This document shows positions 9,890-19,105 of a DNA stretch of 64,000 nucleotides, one piece after another. Position numbers and translations under genes: made by a program. The notes under the pieces were generated by a model that did not search any database, was not told where the DNA came from, and saw nothing but the letters and a program-made list of their open reading frames with translations. How positions within the stretch are numbered: position 1 is the first letter of the stretch; every line of letters begins with the position of its first letter. The stretch is taken from positions 124,001-188,000 of IMG/VR virus record IMGVR_UViG_3300022921_000002, one strand, 5' to 3'.

Positions 9890-10599
9890 ATATAAAAACA
9901 CTCCATAACGGCATGTCAGTTAATGGCATTAATGATTTAAAAACATCACTAACCTTATATGATGAATTCTTTGTTAAGAACACATATGACTGGTGGTACA
10001 AGGTACAGCCTGGTGATATTGTTATGGATATCGGTGCTTGTAATGGTATGTTTACCTGCAAAGCACTGGATCAAGGAGCAGCAAAGGTATATGCTGTAGA
10101 GCCAAACCCTATTCTTATTGAAACCATTTTTCATAATGCTATGCCGCATATCGTAAATAAAAAGACAAGCCCTCTGTCTGTTACGAATGCGTTTGTCGGT
10201 GGAAATATTGAAAACGGGTTTGGCGACTTTGATAAAGGTAGTGTTCCTATGTTATCATTTAAAGAATTGATTAAACGCCTTGAAATACAATACCTAGATT
10301 ATCTTAAAGTTGATTGCGAAGGTGGCGAGTTCAATATGTTTAATGAGGAGAATTGGGATTTTCTATCAAATAACGTAAAACACATTGCAATGGAAGTGCA
10401 CCTTGATGCATCACCGTCTGCACCTGATATGTTTATCAAAATGAGAGAAAAGCTACTACCAAAATTACAACAGGCAGGATTTCAATTGAATTTCCTTAAA
10501 CCTGAACATAAAACAAAGATGTGGAATGATTCGTGGATCAAAGGCAAATGGCCAATCGGTTGGGGTTCCTGTTGGATGATATATTTGACAAAAAAGTAG
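9886..10599 (+). CDS. FkbM-family methyltransferase (copy 2)
   Basis: MDIGACNGMFT, VYAVEPNP, DYLKVDCEGGEF; paralog of 2849-3547. Confidence 0.85.
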   Translation: MNIKTLHNGMSVNGINDLKTSLTLYDEFFVKNTYDWWYKVQPGDIVMDIGACNGMFTCKALDQGAAKVYAVEPNPILIETIFHNAMPHIVNKKTSPLSVTNAFVGGNIENGFGDFDKGSVPMLSFKELIKRLEIQYLDYLKVDCEGGEFNMFNEENWDFLSNNVKHIAMEVHLDASPSAPDMFIKMREKLLPKLQQAGFQLNFLKPEHKTKMWNDSWIKGKWPIGWGSCWMIYLTKK

Positions 10600-10652
10600 T
10601 TGACAGAAACGGAAATCTGTTATAGTATGGACATAACATTGAAAGGATATCC

Positions 10653-13187
10653 ATGTCTAATTTTTACACCTCAGTTGAGCGTTTCGGTAATACCATCCTA
10701 TGGCGCGGTTATGAAAACGGTAAACGGTTTGAACGCAAAGTAAAGTATCAACCAACTCTGTATATCACCACACAACAAAAAGAATCAGAATACCAGTCAC
10801 TGTTTACAAAGGCACCAATCAAGCCAATGTTGCAAGATAGTATGAAAGATGCCAAGGAGTTCACCGAAAAGTATAAAGGTGTTCACGGACTTGAGATATG
10901 TGGTAATACAAATTATGTTTCACAATTTATTCAAGAAAAGTATCCTAATGAAATTAAATTTGATCCAACGCTCATTAACATTGTCAGTTTTGATATTGAG
11001 GTGGATATTGCTGATGGGTATCCTAACATGGATACTGCGGACAAGGAAATCACTTCCATCGCATATAAATCTTCAAAGTCAAACACATATCACTTGCTCG
11101 GCCGAAAAGAATATGATAAGCACAAGACCTTAACTAATATTGATACTGATGATATTCTGTGGATGCAGTTTGATACCGAAGAAGCATTACTCAAACGGTT
11201 TATTAGTATATGGGTAAATGACTATCCTGATATTGTTACAGGTTGGAATGTTGAATTCTTTGACATTCAATATATTATTACTCGTATGAAAAACCTATTA
11301 GGTGAAGAAAAGGTTAAAGAATTGTCACCATGGCGTTCGGTCCGACCGTATTCCCGCGAGTTCTTTGGTAAAGATCAAGGATCATATCGTATCAGCGGAA
11401 TTACCATTATCGACTATATGGATGCCTTCAAGAAATTTGGTTACAAGTACGGCCCACAAGAATCATGGAAACTTGACCATATTGCATACGTTGTGCTTGG
11501 TGAAAAGAAAATGGATTACTCTGAATACGGTAACCTAACTAATTTGTATGAGCAAAATCCTCAACTATATCTCGACTATAACCTTAAAGATACTTGGCTG
11601 ATCCAACGGTTTGAAGATGAAACATCATTACTTGAATTGGTTATGACCGTTGCATATGGCGGCGGTGTTAACTATGGTGATGCATTTGGTACAGTTGGTA
11701 TTTGGGAAACAACCTTGTATCGTAAACTGATTAAAGAAAAACGTATCCCACCAATCAAAGGTGGTCCAGGTCAACGTGCTGGAGAATTGGTTGGCGGTTA
11801 TGTAAAAGATCCTAGAGTTGGTATGCACCCATGGATTGTATCATTTGATTTGAACTCACTGTATCCGCACTTGATGCTACAATATAATATGTCACCTGAA
11901 ACCTACCTTGAGGATGAGCGTGAAAACGTATCACAGGATATGGTATTGAGTGGTAAATATCAATCAAGCCGTGAGAATATGTCCGTTGCTGCCAATGGTG
12001 CTTGTTTTACTAATGAGCATATCGGCATTATTCCTGAAATCATTAATGAGTATTATGGTAATCGTAAGATCATCAAAAAAGAAATGCTCGGTGTTGAACA
12101 AGAACTCGAGAATGCAACCGATCCTGCTATCAAAGAACAATTGAAACGTAAAGCAAACCAATTACATAACTCACAGATGGCTATCAAAATTAGTATGAAC
12201 TCACTATATGGTGCTATGGCAAATGTTTACTTCCTATATTATATTAACGATATGGCTGAAGCAATTACAACCTCAGGTCAATTGTCTATTCGGTATGCTC
12301 AAAAGTCAGTAAACAATTATCTCAACAAGATCCTTAAAACTGATACTGACTATATCGTATATATTGATACCGACTCAATCTATGTTGATATGGCACCGAT
12401 TGTAGAATCAGCATTTGGTACTGTTGATGTTGACCGCAAGAAAGGTGAGGAGTTCCTCGACAAAGTTTGCCAAATGAAAATTGAACCAGTGATTGATGCT
12501 GGTTATGAAGAACTCGCAAAGAAGATGGGCGCCTATCGCCAAGCAATGGGTATGAAACGAGAAAAGATTACTGATAAGTCGGTGTTTATTGCTAAGAAAC
12601 GGTACATTATGAATACACTGAATTCCGAAGGTGTTCACTATGAAGAGCCAAAGATTTCAGTTACAGGTTTAGAATCAGTACGCTCATCAACACCTGAGGT
12701 ATGCCGTGAGAAACTCAAAAAATCATTCAAAGTTATTATGAATGAAGGTGAAGAAGCAATGCAGCAGTTCATCCAGGATTTCCGTGAAGAATTCCGAACA
12801 CTTAATCCTGAAGACATCGGACGTAACAGCGGTACCGATAACATTGATAAGTACAAAGTAAAAGGTTCTTATAAGAAAGGTTGTCCAATGCACGTTCGTG
12901 GTTGTATTCTATACAACAATCATCTCAAACAGCTAGGACTAAATAAACGGTATGACTCAATTGCTGGTGGTGACAAGATCAAGTTTGTTTACTTGAAAAT
13001 GCCAAATCCTATCCGTGAAAACATTATTTCGTTTCCAGGAGCATTACCTAAAGAATTTGAGTTGACAAACTACATTGACTATGATAAACAATTTGAAAAG
13101 GTGTTCCTCAGTCCGATTGGATCAATCCTTGATGCGATTGGTTGGAATGCTGAAAAAATTAACACACTTGAAGATTTCTTTGGATAA
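10653..13187 (+). CDS. 43: family B DNA polymerase gp43
   Basis: FDIE exonuclease motif, SFDLNSLYP, KISMNSLYG, YIDTDS, AKKRY. Confidence 0.98.
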   Translation: MSNFYTSVERFGNTILWRGYENGKRFERKVKYQPTLYITTQQKESEYQSLFTKAPIKPMLQDSMKDAKEFTEKYKGVHGLEICGNTNYVSQFIQEKYPNEIKFDPTLINIVSFDIEVDIADGYPNMDTADKEITSIAYKSSKSNTYHLLGRKEYDKHKTLTNIDTDDILWMQFDTEEALLKRFISIWVNDYPDIVTGWNVEFFDIQYIITRMKNLLGEEKVKELSPWRSVRPYSREFFGKDQGSYRISGITIIDYMDAFKKFGYKYGPQESWKLDHIAYVVLGEKKMDYSEYGNLTNLYEQNPQLYLDYNLKDTWLIQRFEDETSLLELVMTVAYGGGVNYGDAFGTVGIWETTLYRKLIKEKRIPPIKGGPGQRAGELVGGYVKDPRVGMHPWIVSFDLNSLYPHLMLQYNMSPETYLEDERENVSQDMVLSGKYQSSRENMSVAANGACFTNEHIGIIPEIINEYYGNRKIIKKEMLGVEQELENATDPAIKEQLKRKANQLHNSQMAIKISMNSLYGAMANVYFLYYINDMAEAITTSGQLSIRYAQKSVNNYLNKILKTDTDYIVYIDTDSIYVDMAPIVESAFGTVDVDRKKGEEFLDKVCQMKIEPVIDAGYEELAKKMGAYRQAMGMKREKITDKSVFIAKKRYIMNTLNSEGVHYEEPKISVTGLESVRSSTPEVCREKLKKSFKVIMNEGEEAMQQFIQDFREEFRTLNPEDIGRNSGTDNIDKYKVKGSYKKGCPMHVRGCILYNNHLKQLGLNKRYDSIAGGDKIKFVYLKMPNPIRENIISFPGALPKEFELTNYIDYDKQFEKVFLSPIGSILDAIGWNAEKINTLEDFFG

Positions 13188-13197
13188 AGGTAACACC

Positions 13198-13374
13198 ATG
13201 AACAACACAAAGCTTAATACACTTGAGGCAGCATGGCGGTATCAGAATACTGTTGTGGAAGCACTCGAAGCCGAAAATGCACCAGACAAATATATAACTA
13301 TTGCTAAAAAGAAACGGCTACAAATCAAAGATAAGATTGCAATTTTAAAAAATGAGGTACTAAATAATGACTGA
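13198..13374 (+). CDS. small coiled-coil protein, DUF465/YdcH-like
   Basis: ATG at 13198; KKKRLQIKDKI resembles the LKK.KL.LKD.I pattern. Confidence 0.5.
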   Translation: MNNTKLNTLEAAWRYQNTVVEALEAENAPDKYITIAKKKRLQIKDKIAILKNEVLNND

Positions 13375-13777
13375 TTGGGTAAACGATATCTATATGATGC
13401 ATAACAAATTTGGTGTGCGTGATTGGTTTGAAGAAAACAAAGATAATAAGGAATTGATGCGTAAGTATCTTATGTTCCGTTTGCTAATGTGTCAGGAGGA
13501 ACTTAGTGAAACACTTACTGCATATAATAATGGAGATTCTGAAGAGATCGTTGATGGTCTCATTGACCTTTGCGTTTTTGCTATTGGCACTCTCGACGTA
13601 TTTGGTGTTGATGCTAATGACGCTTGGGATCGTGTTTATAGTGCTAACATGGCAAAAGAGCCTGGAATTAAGCCGGGGCGTCCTAATCCGTTTGGGCTTC
13701 CAGATCTATTGAAACCTTCTGGATGGACAGCACCTAGCCACGAAGGTAATCATGGTAATTTAGATAAAGCGCTGTAA
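13367..13777 (+). CDS. all-alpha NTP pyrophosphohydrolase (MazG/HisE/dUTPase-like)
   Basis: EELSE...EEIVDGLIDLCVFAIG, V..ANM.K, DLLKP.GW..P. Confidence 0.8.
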   Translation: MTDWVNDIYMMHNKFGVRDWFEENKDNKELMRKYLMFRLLMCQEELSETLTAYNNGDSEEIVDGLIDLCVFAIGTLDVFGVDANDAWDRVYSANMAKEPGIKPGRPNPFGLPDLLKPSGWTAPSHEGNHGNLDKAL

Positions 13778-13788
13778 GTTTTACACTA

Positions 13789-13806
13789 CTGTCACAAAAC
13801 TTTAAA
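13789..13806 (+). promoter_or_regulatory. candidate Pho box upstream of pstS
   Basis: CTGTCAC-AAAA-CTTTAAA; first half-site matches the PhoB consensus, second is degenerate. Confidence 0.5.
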
Positions 13807-13901
13807 GTTTCTTTAATAAATAATTTAAGGCAAAGTGGTAAAGACTTTGTCTTTTTTAATGCGAGCGACGGGGTAAAGCCGTCAAGCAAAAGGAGAACTA
13901 A

Positions 13902-14885
13902 ATGAAACTATTAAGCTTAATGGTTGCTATAATAGCAACTGCCACTATGGCAACTGCACGTGACCAAGTTCACGTAGCTGGATCTTCAACAGTATTACCC
14001 TATGCAGCAATTGTTGCAGAGGCTTTTGGAGAAAACTTTGACTTTCCAACACCAGTAATCGAATCAGGTGGCTCAGGTGCTGGACGTAAAAGACTATGTG
14101 AGGGTGTTGGCGCAAACACTATTGATATAGCAAACTCATCATCACACATTAAAGATTCAGATATTGCACGGTGTGCTTCAAATGGTGTAAGTGAGCCAGT
14201 TGAAGTTCGTATTGGATATGATGGTATCGTATTTGCAAGCCGCTTAGAAACTAAAGGGTTTGAAAACATTACACCTATGCATATCTATTTGGCAATTTCA
14301 AATAAATCAAATGCAGAAAACTGGAAAGAAGTAGATCCAAACTTTCCGGATCGTCCAATCAAAACATTTATTCCAGGTACCAAGCATGGTACACGTGAAG
14401 TGTTTGATAAGAAGGTTATGGTATCAGGTTGTAAATCAGCCGGTTCATATGACTTGTTCTTTAAACAGAATGGTGGAGATAAAAAGAAAGCCGAAAAAGA
14501 ATGTATGAAAGTTCGTACTGATGGTGTAAGCATTGATATTGATGGTGACTATACTGAAACCTTAAATCGTTTGAAAAATAACCCAGAAGGTATTGGCGTG
14601 TTTGGTCTATCATTCTTGTTGAATAATACAGATTCAATCTATGCTGCAAATGTAAATGGTGTTGCGCCTTCAACTGAAACAATTGCATCTGGTGAGTATC
14701 CAATCTCTCGCCCTTTGCAGTTTTATGTAAAAATGGAGCATATTGATTTTATTCCTGGTCTTAAGGAATATATCCAGTTCTTTGTTTCTGATGATATGGC
14801 TGGTCCCGATAGCCCTCTTGCTGAATATGGACTAGTAAGTGATCCTGAGTTGGCAGCCACCCAAGAAATGGTTGACAATTTTTAA
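13902..14885 (+). CDS. pstS: phosphate ABC transporter substrate-binding protein PstS
   Basis: Signal peptide then RDQVHVAGSSTVLPYA, ESGGSGAG, DIANSS, GTKHGTREVF, YPISRPLQFYVK. Confidence 0.9.
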   Translation: MKLLSLMVAIIATATMATARDQVHVAGSSTVLPYAAIVAEAFGENFDFPTPVIESGGSGAGRKRLCEGVGANTIDIANSSSHIKDSDIARCASNGVSEPVEVRIGYDGIVFASRLETKGFENITPMHIYLAISNKSNAENWKEVDPNFPDRPIKTFIPGTKHGTREVFDKKVMVSGCKSAGSYDLFFKQNGGDKKKAEKECMKVRTDGVSIDIDGDYTETLNRLKNNPEGIGVFGLSFLLNNTDSIYAANVNGVAPSTETIASGEYPISRPLQFYVKMEHIDFIPGLKEYIQFFVSDDMAGPDSPLAEYGLVSDPELAATQEMVDNF

Positions 14886-14900
14886 TTCAAATGATATAAT
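14872..14900 (+). promoter_or_regulatory. consensus sigma70 promoter for the permease gene
   Basis: TTGACA (14872-14877), 17 nt, TATAAT (14895-14900). Confidence 0.75.
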
Positions 14901-14906
14901 AATCTG

Positions 14907-14938
14907 ATAGGCGGAATGTAAAGTTTCGCCTATTTTTT
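14907..14938 (+). terminator. intrinsic terminator-like hairpin
   Basis: ATAGGCGGAAT-GTAAA-GTTTCGCCTAT followed by a T run. Confidence 0.6.
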
Positions 14939-14953
14939 AACGGAGGAAAATAA

Positions 14954-15919
14954 ATGGAACTACTTACAATGTGGAGTCTTATTGGATTCCTGCTTGCTGC
15001 ATATGCAGTTATTGCCAACGATTCAGTACAAACGCTCGGTACTTGGATGGCATCAAACAATGAAAGATTTAATTATAAGGTATTATGGGCCGCGGCATCC
15101 GCTGTTTTGTTATATACACTCTGGTATGGGTGGTATATGAATGGTGGCGATATATCTTACGGCCGTTTGAATAAGATCCCATTCCAAGAAGTACAATGGT
15201 ATCACGCCGCGGCACCTGCTATTCTTGTTTTATTAACACGAATGGGTGTTCCGGTTTCAACATCGTTTTTGGTCTTATCAGTATTTGCTTCAACCTTTGT
15301 GTTGGAAAAAATGCTTATGAAATCAATTATGGGTTATGGTGTAGCCGCGGCATTTGCTTATGCTGTGTGGTTTGCTATCCATAAGTATTTTGGTAAATGG
15401 TACGACGAAACTCAACCAGTATCTGAAGGTAATAAAAAGTTTTGGCGTATTGCCCAATGGGTAGCAACAGGTGGATTATGGTTTACTTGGTTATCTCACG
15501 ATATTGCTAACATTGCGGTATTCCTACCACGTGCCATTCCAGTAGATCTAATGGTGTTTATCAGTATTGTGTTTATTGGCGGCTTGTTCTTTATGTTTAG
15601 AGAAAAAGGTGGTAAGATCCAAAAGATTGTTTTGGAAAAGCATAACACTCGATACGTACGATCGGCGACATTGATTGACTTATTCTATTGGCTATGCCTG
15701 TATTTCTTTAAAGAACTAAATGATATTCCTATGAGTACAACATGGGTATTCGTTGGTTTGCTCGCAGGCCGTGAACTTGCAATGGCAACGTACTTTGGTA
15801 AAAAGAAAACAAAATCTGTATTCCCATTAGTTGCTAAAGACTTTGGTAAGATGATGGTAGGACTTGGAGCTTCAGTTGCTCTTGTATTATTGGTCCATTA
15901 TGTTATTAATCCTACATAA
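14954..15919 (+). CDS. multi-pass membrane protein, PiT/PHO4-like phosphate permease
   Basis: Many hydrophobic helices; IANDSVQTLGT and SHDIANIA resemble the two PiT signatures; PVSTS and PMSTT repeats; next to pstS. Confidence 0.6.
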   Translation: MELLTMWSLIGFLLAAYAVIANDSVQTLGTWMASNNERFNYKVLWAAASAVLLYTLWYGWYMNGGDISYGRLNKIPFQEVQWYHAAAPAILVLLTRMGVPVSTSFLVLSVFASTFVLEKMLMKSIMGYGVAAAFAYAVWFAIHKYFGKWYDETQPVSEGNKKFWRIAQWVATGGLWFTWLSHDIANIAVFLPRAIPVDLMVFISIVFIGGLFFMFREKGGKIQKIVLEKHNTRYVRSATLIDLFYWLCLYFFKELNDIPMSTTWVFVGLLAGRELAMATYFGKKKTKSVFPLVAKDFGKMMVGLGASVALVLLVHYVINPT

Positions 15920-15955
15920 CATTATGTTTCATTAATGCGATGTTAACGGTAACAT

Positions 15956-15963
15956 TATAAATA
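15956..15963 (+). promoter_or_regulatory. T4-type late promoter
   Basis: TATAAATA. Confidence 0.6.
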
Positions 15964-16009
15964 GTGGGATCTTCAGACATAAATATTATTTTATAGAGGA
16001 GGTCCCACA

Positions 16010-16258
16010 ATGTGCAGTCCATTTGTACGTAAAGAAGCCAACCGAATGAATTGGATGATAAAGGGTCAGTTGATTGACCGAGCCGAAAGTGATAAAACAG
16101 TCGAGTATATCTATGACTCATATTTCAAAAGGTTGTGGAATAACAATGAAAACTATATCCACGAAACCGGTTTTGAACAAGCCTGGAAAATCCGTGAAGC
16201 AGAAATGATAAATGAAGATGTTAAAAGAGTTGCAGTCCTTGGAGGACACTTCGATTAA
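16010..16258 (+). CDS. hypothetical protein
   Basis: Strong GAGGAGG RBS; 82 aa. Confidence 0.7.
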   Translation: MCSPFVRKEANRMNWMIKGQLIDRAESDKTVEYIYDSYFKRLWNNNENYIHETGFEQAWKIREAEMINEDVKRVAVLGGHFD

Positions 16259-16272
16259 CAAGAAAGTATATT

Positions 16273-16830
16273 ATGGAAATAATGAGATCCCACCCTCATA
16301 ATACAGTATCATTTGATGGGACATATTATATAAAAGAATTTAAACACCATCGGCACCATTTAAATGAAGAATGGGCAATGCTATATGATGGCTTATATAA
16401 TAAATTTCCCGACATAACACCAGAACTTATAGACTTTGTACCAGGCAAGAAAATTGTTATGGAAGCGGTTGAAGGTTTGACTCCACAGCAAATTAAATAT
16501 GAGCGGTCGAGTGAAACTATACTTAACGATTTAAAAAAGTTACTTAGCATATCACAAAAAATCACCTCAGCATTTGCCGAATATTCTTTGGATCTTAAGG
16601 ATACATATTACTGCTATCACTATGACTTAAACCCTGGGAACCTTATCATACAAGATTTGGATAAACTTAAGTTCAAATTTATTGATATTGATTCTATCAG
16701 GTTTGACTATGCCTTTATGCGTCAAAGTTTATTTGATACATGGATTGCTGATATGTATTCCGAGTATAGATGTATGAAACTTGCGGAAGGACAAGCATGG
16801 GATACTTTTTTTACCGCGGTGAGGAATTAA
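16273..16830 (+). CDS. protein-kinase-like (APH/choline kinase fold) protein
   Basis: YIKEF, IVMEAVEG, HYDLNPGNLII catalytic loop, FIDID. Confidence 0.55.
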   Translation: MEIMRSHPHNTVSFDGTYYIKEFKHHRHHLNEEWAMLYDGLYNKFPDITPELIDFVPGKKIVMEAVEGLTPQQIKYERSSETILNDLKKLLSISQKITSAFAEYSLDLKDTYYCYHYDLNPGNLIIQDLDKLKFKFIDIDSIRFDYAFMRQSLFDTWIADMYSEYRCMKLAEGQAWDTFFTAVRN

Positions 16831-16836
16831 TTTGGT

Positions 16837-16883
16837 TTAAAAAGAAATTAACTATTGACATTTAGTATAGAATCAGTTATATT
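16837..16883 (+). promoter_or_regulatory. conserved early promoter, copy 1, with candidate CtrA box
   Basis: TTAA-N7-TTAAC (16837-16852), TTGACA (16855), spacer containing GAATCAG, TATATT (16878). Confidence 0.7.
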
Positions 16884-16914
16884 GTTTATATAAGGTAAAC
16901 AAAGGAAAAACCAA

Positions 16915-17145
16915 ATGTCAAGAATTACACATCTTCATAACGGCGCAATGATTAAAGCCGACGTAATTGAAAGCTTTGACAAAGCAATCCGTGACGACTT
17001 TAATCTTCGTCCTGGTTTTGGCTCAACTGATTTTTGGAATTTTGTTGAGTCTGATATGTATATGGACTTATCTGGTGTGTATGCTTCATCTTATATTGAT
17101 GAATGCTTTGCCACCTTGGCAGAAATTGAAGTTTTAGGAGTATAA
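16915..17145 (+). CDS. hypothetical early protein
   Basis: AAAGGA RBS; downstream of the early promoter. Confidence 0.7.
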   Translation: MSRITHLHNGAMIKADVIESFDKAIRDDFNLRPGFGSTDFWNFVESDMYMDLSGVYASSYIDECFATLAEIEVLGV

Positions 17146-17147
17146 TA

Positions 17148-17387
17148 ATGGAACCTTGGATTCAAGAAACCCGCAATGGCTTTGAAATAGCCGAAGAAGA
17201 AATGAACCGTATTGAAGCTATGCCTGTTCAAGGTGAGCAATCAATAATGGTTCAACGTGACATGAAAGCATGGGCTGTTGAAAAAGGCGTTTGGCTATCC
17301 GAACACTATAAAAATATTATTGTTCTTCATGCTATTGACCGTGGATGGCTTCAAGAATATTCAAATGGTATGGAGGTTGTAGGATGA
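17148..17387 (+). CDS. hypothetical early protein
   Basis: AGGAG RBS; tightly packed operon. Confidence 0.65.
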   Translation: MEPWIQETRNGFEIAEEEMNRIEAMPVQGEQSIMVQRDMKAWAVEKGVWLSEHYKNIIVLHAIDRGWLQEYSNGMEVVG

Positions 17388-17653
17388 GGTATTGCGCAAA
17401 ATCAAACACCTTTGAATTTAAAGGCCGTGTGTATGATGTAGAATTTGGTTCTGATGATACACGTCATGGAGGGCCTTTTGACCGCGGCTCAGCGGATAGT
17501 TACTATGGGCGCGGTTATCGACCTCATTACTATGTTGGTGATACTGGAATGTCTGAAGCCGTTGCTGAGCTGACTGATATTGAAAAAGATGCGTACTATG
17601 CTGGGTATGAGTATAATGAAGAAATCGTTCGAGATTTTAAAGATTGGGGTTAA
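17384..17653 (+). CDS. hypothetical protein (RHGGPFDRG.ADSYYGR motif)
   Basis: Start moved to ATG 17384; motif recalled from small marine phage proteins. Confidence 0.65.
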   Translation: MRYCAKSNTFEFKGRVYDVEFGSDDTRHGGPFDRGSADSYYGRGYRPHYYVGDTGMSEAVAELTDIEKDAYYAGYEYNEEIVRDFKDWG

Positions 17654-17713
17654 TTTCTTTTTAACTTAAATTAACCATTGACATTTGTTGTCGAATCAGT
17701 TATATTAGAATCA
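17650..17713 (+). promoter_or_regulatory. conserved early promoter, copy 2
   Basis: TTGACA (17678), 17-nt spacer ending GAATCAGT, TATATT (17701), then AGAATCA; TTAA-N7-TTAAC at 17650-17665. Confidence 0.7.
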
Positions 17714-17732
17714 ACAACAAAAGGAAAACACC

Positions 17733-18110
17733 ATGAACTATTCAGTATATCAAATTCAAATGACTCGTGAAATCGCCGACAAAGTAAACGCAGGCGAAAC
17801 TGTACCAGCATTTGAAGCTCGGAATAAAATGAATCTTGACTTTGCTGGTCACAAAATTGGTGGTTTGGCAGACGAGGCACTTACTGCCGGGTTTTATACT
17901 CACGTTGCTAACATTGAAGCTGACAGTGCAAACGATGTATTTGAAATTGGTAATATGGGTCCTGAGTCGGCAATCACTCGCTTTTCTCGTATGCACTCAC
18001 TATCAGTCGGTGATCTTATCGTTGATGAAGAAGGTCAGGTAATTGTTGTTGCTCCTATTGGTTTTGTAGCATTTGCCTTCCGTCCTGAAATGAACAAGGT
18101 TGCTGCATAA
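17733..18110 (+). CDS. hypothetical early protein
   Basis: AAAGGA RBS; HSLSVGD motif; ends in VAA. Confidence 0.7.
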   Translation: MNYSVYQIQMTREIADKVNAGETVPAFEARNKMNLDFAGHKIGGLADEALTAGFYTHVANIEADSANDVFEIGNMGPESAITRFSRMHSLSVGDLIVDEEGQVIVVAPIGFVAFAFRPEMNKVAA

Positions 18111-18130
18111 ATAAACTAAAGGAGTTTATA

Positions 18131-18727
18131 GTGGCAAAAGAATATATAGCAGAACTTGAGATCAGGCTCCCGGATAGAAACGGGGTGCCTGTTCCTGATA
18201 TTGAAATTAAAGAATGGGGTTTAAGCTTGGGCTGTCATAGCGTTGAGCTTACCGGTACATCTGATGATGGCTTTCGTATATTCACATTTAAAGGAATGAA
18301 CCGAGAGTCAGTTAGTAATATTGCCGCTCGAGTATCAGCGGTTGATGGAGTAACTTTTGATCCTGATTCAATATATGAAGCTGATACTAATTTTCCTGAC
18401 CATTTTACTTCTGCTCAAAATGCCATTATCTTTCCATCAAAGTTTGCTGCTGCTGAGTACACATATAGTGAAGAAGGAGACTTTATCGGTGTAGTCCTTG
18501 AAGATGGGCGGACATTATCTTCTGGTGATTACCTTGATATATCAGATACTATCATACCAGGTGGTGCTAAAGGAGTTATTAAAGGTAATCCGCATGACTA
18601 TGAAACTTCATTGGTAACTGATGAAACTTACGTAACTGATGGTGAAAACAATCCACAGATTGAAGATACGCCTGCCGAAGGTATGCCAGGTTGGGAATTA
18701 CCTAATATTGAAATACCTAACGAATAG
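18131..18727 (+). CDS. hypothetical acidic protein
   Basis: AGGAG RBS, GTG start, CATAAATA late-like motif upstream. Confidence 0.6.
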   Translation: MAKEYIAELEIRLPDRNGVPVPDIEIKEWGLSLGCHSVELTGTSDDGFRIFTFKGMNRESVSNIAARVSAVDGVTFDPDSIYEADTNFPDHFTSAQNAIIFPSKFAAAEYTYSEEGDFIGVVLEDGRTLSSGDYLDISDTIIPGGAKGVIKGNPHDYETSLVTDETYVTDGENNPQIEDTPAEGMPGWELPNIEIPNE

Positions 18728-18805
18728 CTGTATCATTTAAGTCACTAAAAATAATCAAAAATTTTATTTGGTTGACATTTCCGCAAAATAGTTTATATAT
18801 ATCTA

Positions 18806-19075
18806 GTAATCGTTGATACAAGTCAACGCATGGATCGGACCGCGGGGCAGTACCGCGCTGCTCCACCATAAACACATTGACAATAATTTTAGTGTGTTTA
18901 TGATGGGGCAGAACAAGGATCGACGGACGTGAAGAGATGAGAGTAGATTACCGTGTTGGCCTACGTTATTAAGCCAAAAATTTTAATTGCAAATGACAAT
19001 TATAAACCATCTGGATTTGCCCTAGCGGCGTAATCAAAGGGGGTTGGCCACTTACCTAGCAACAGAAAATGTGGC
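18806..19075 (+). ncRNA. ssrA: circularly permuted (two-piece) tmRNA, alphaproteobacterial type
   Basis: T-arm CGCGG-GGCAGTA-CCGCG and CTGCTCC-A-CCA (CCA 18866-18868) come first; then an intervening hairpin (18869-18904); then 5' piece GGGGCAG (18905) pairing with a G3:U; tag GCA AAT GAC AAT...GCG GCG TAA (18989-19033) = ANDNYKPSGFALAA. TTGACA at 18772. Outer ends approximate. Confidence 0.93.
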
Positions 19076-19105
19076 ATATTTTTAACAAACAATAAAGGAA
19101 GTAAT

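Noticed and set aside
18841-18868. Stand-alone tRNA-Ala suggested by T-arm and CCA
   Set aside because: No D or anticodon arm upstream; its pairing partner lies downstream, so it is the acceptor piece of the permuted tmRNA.
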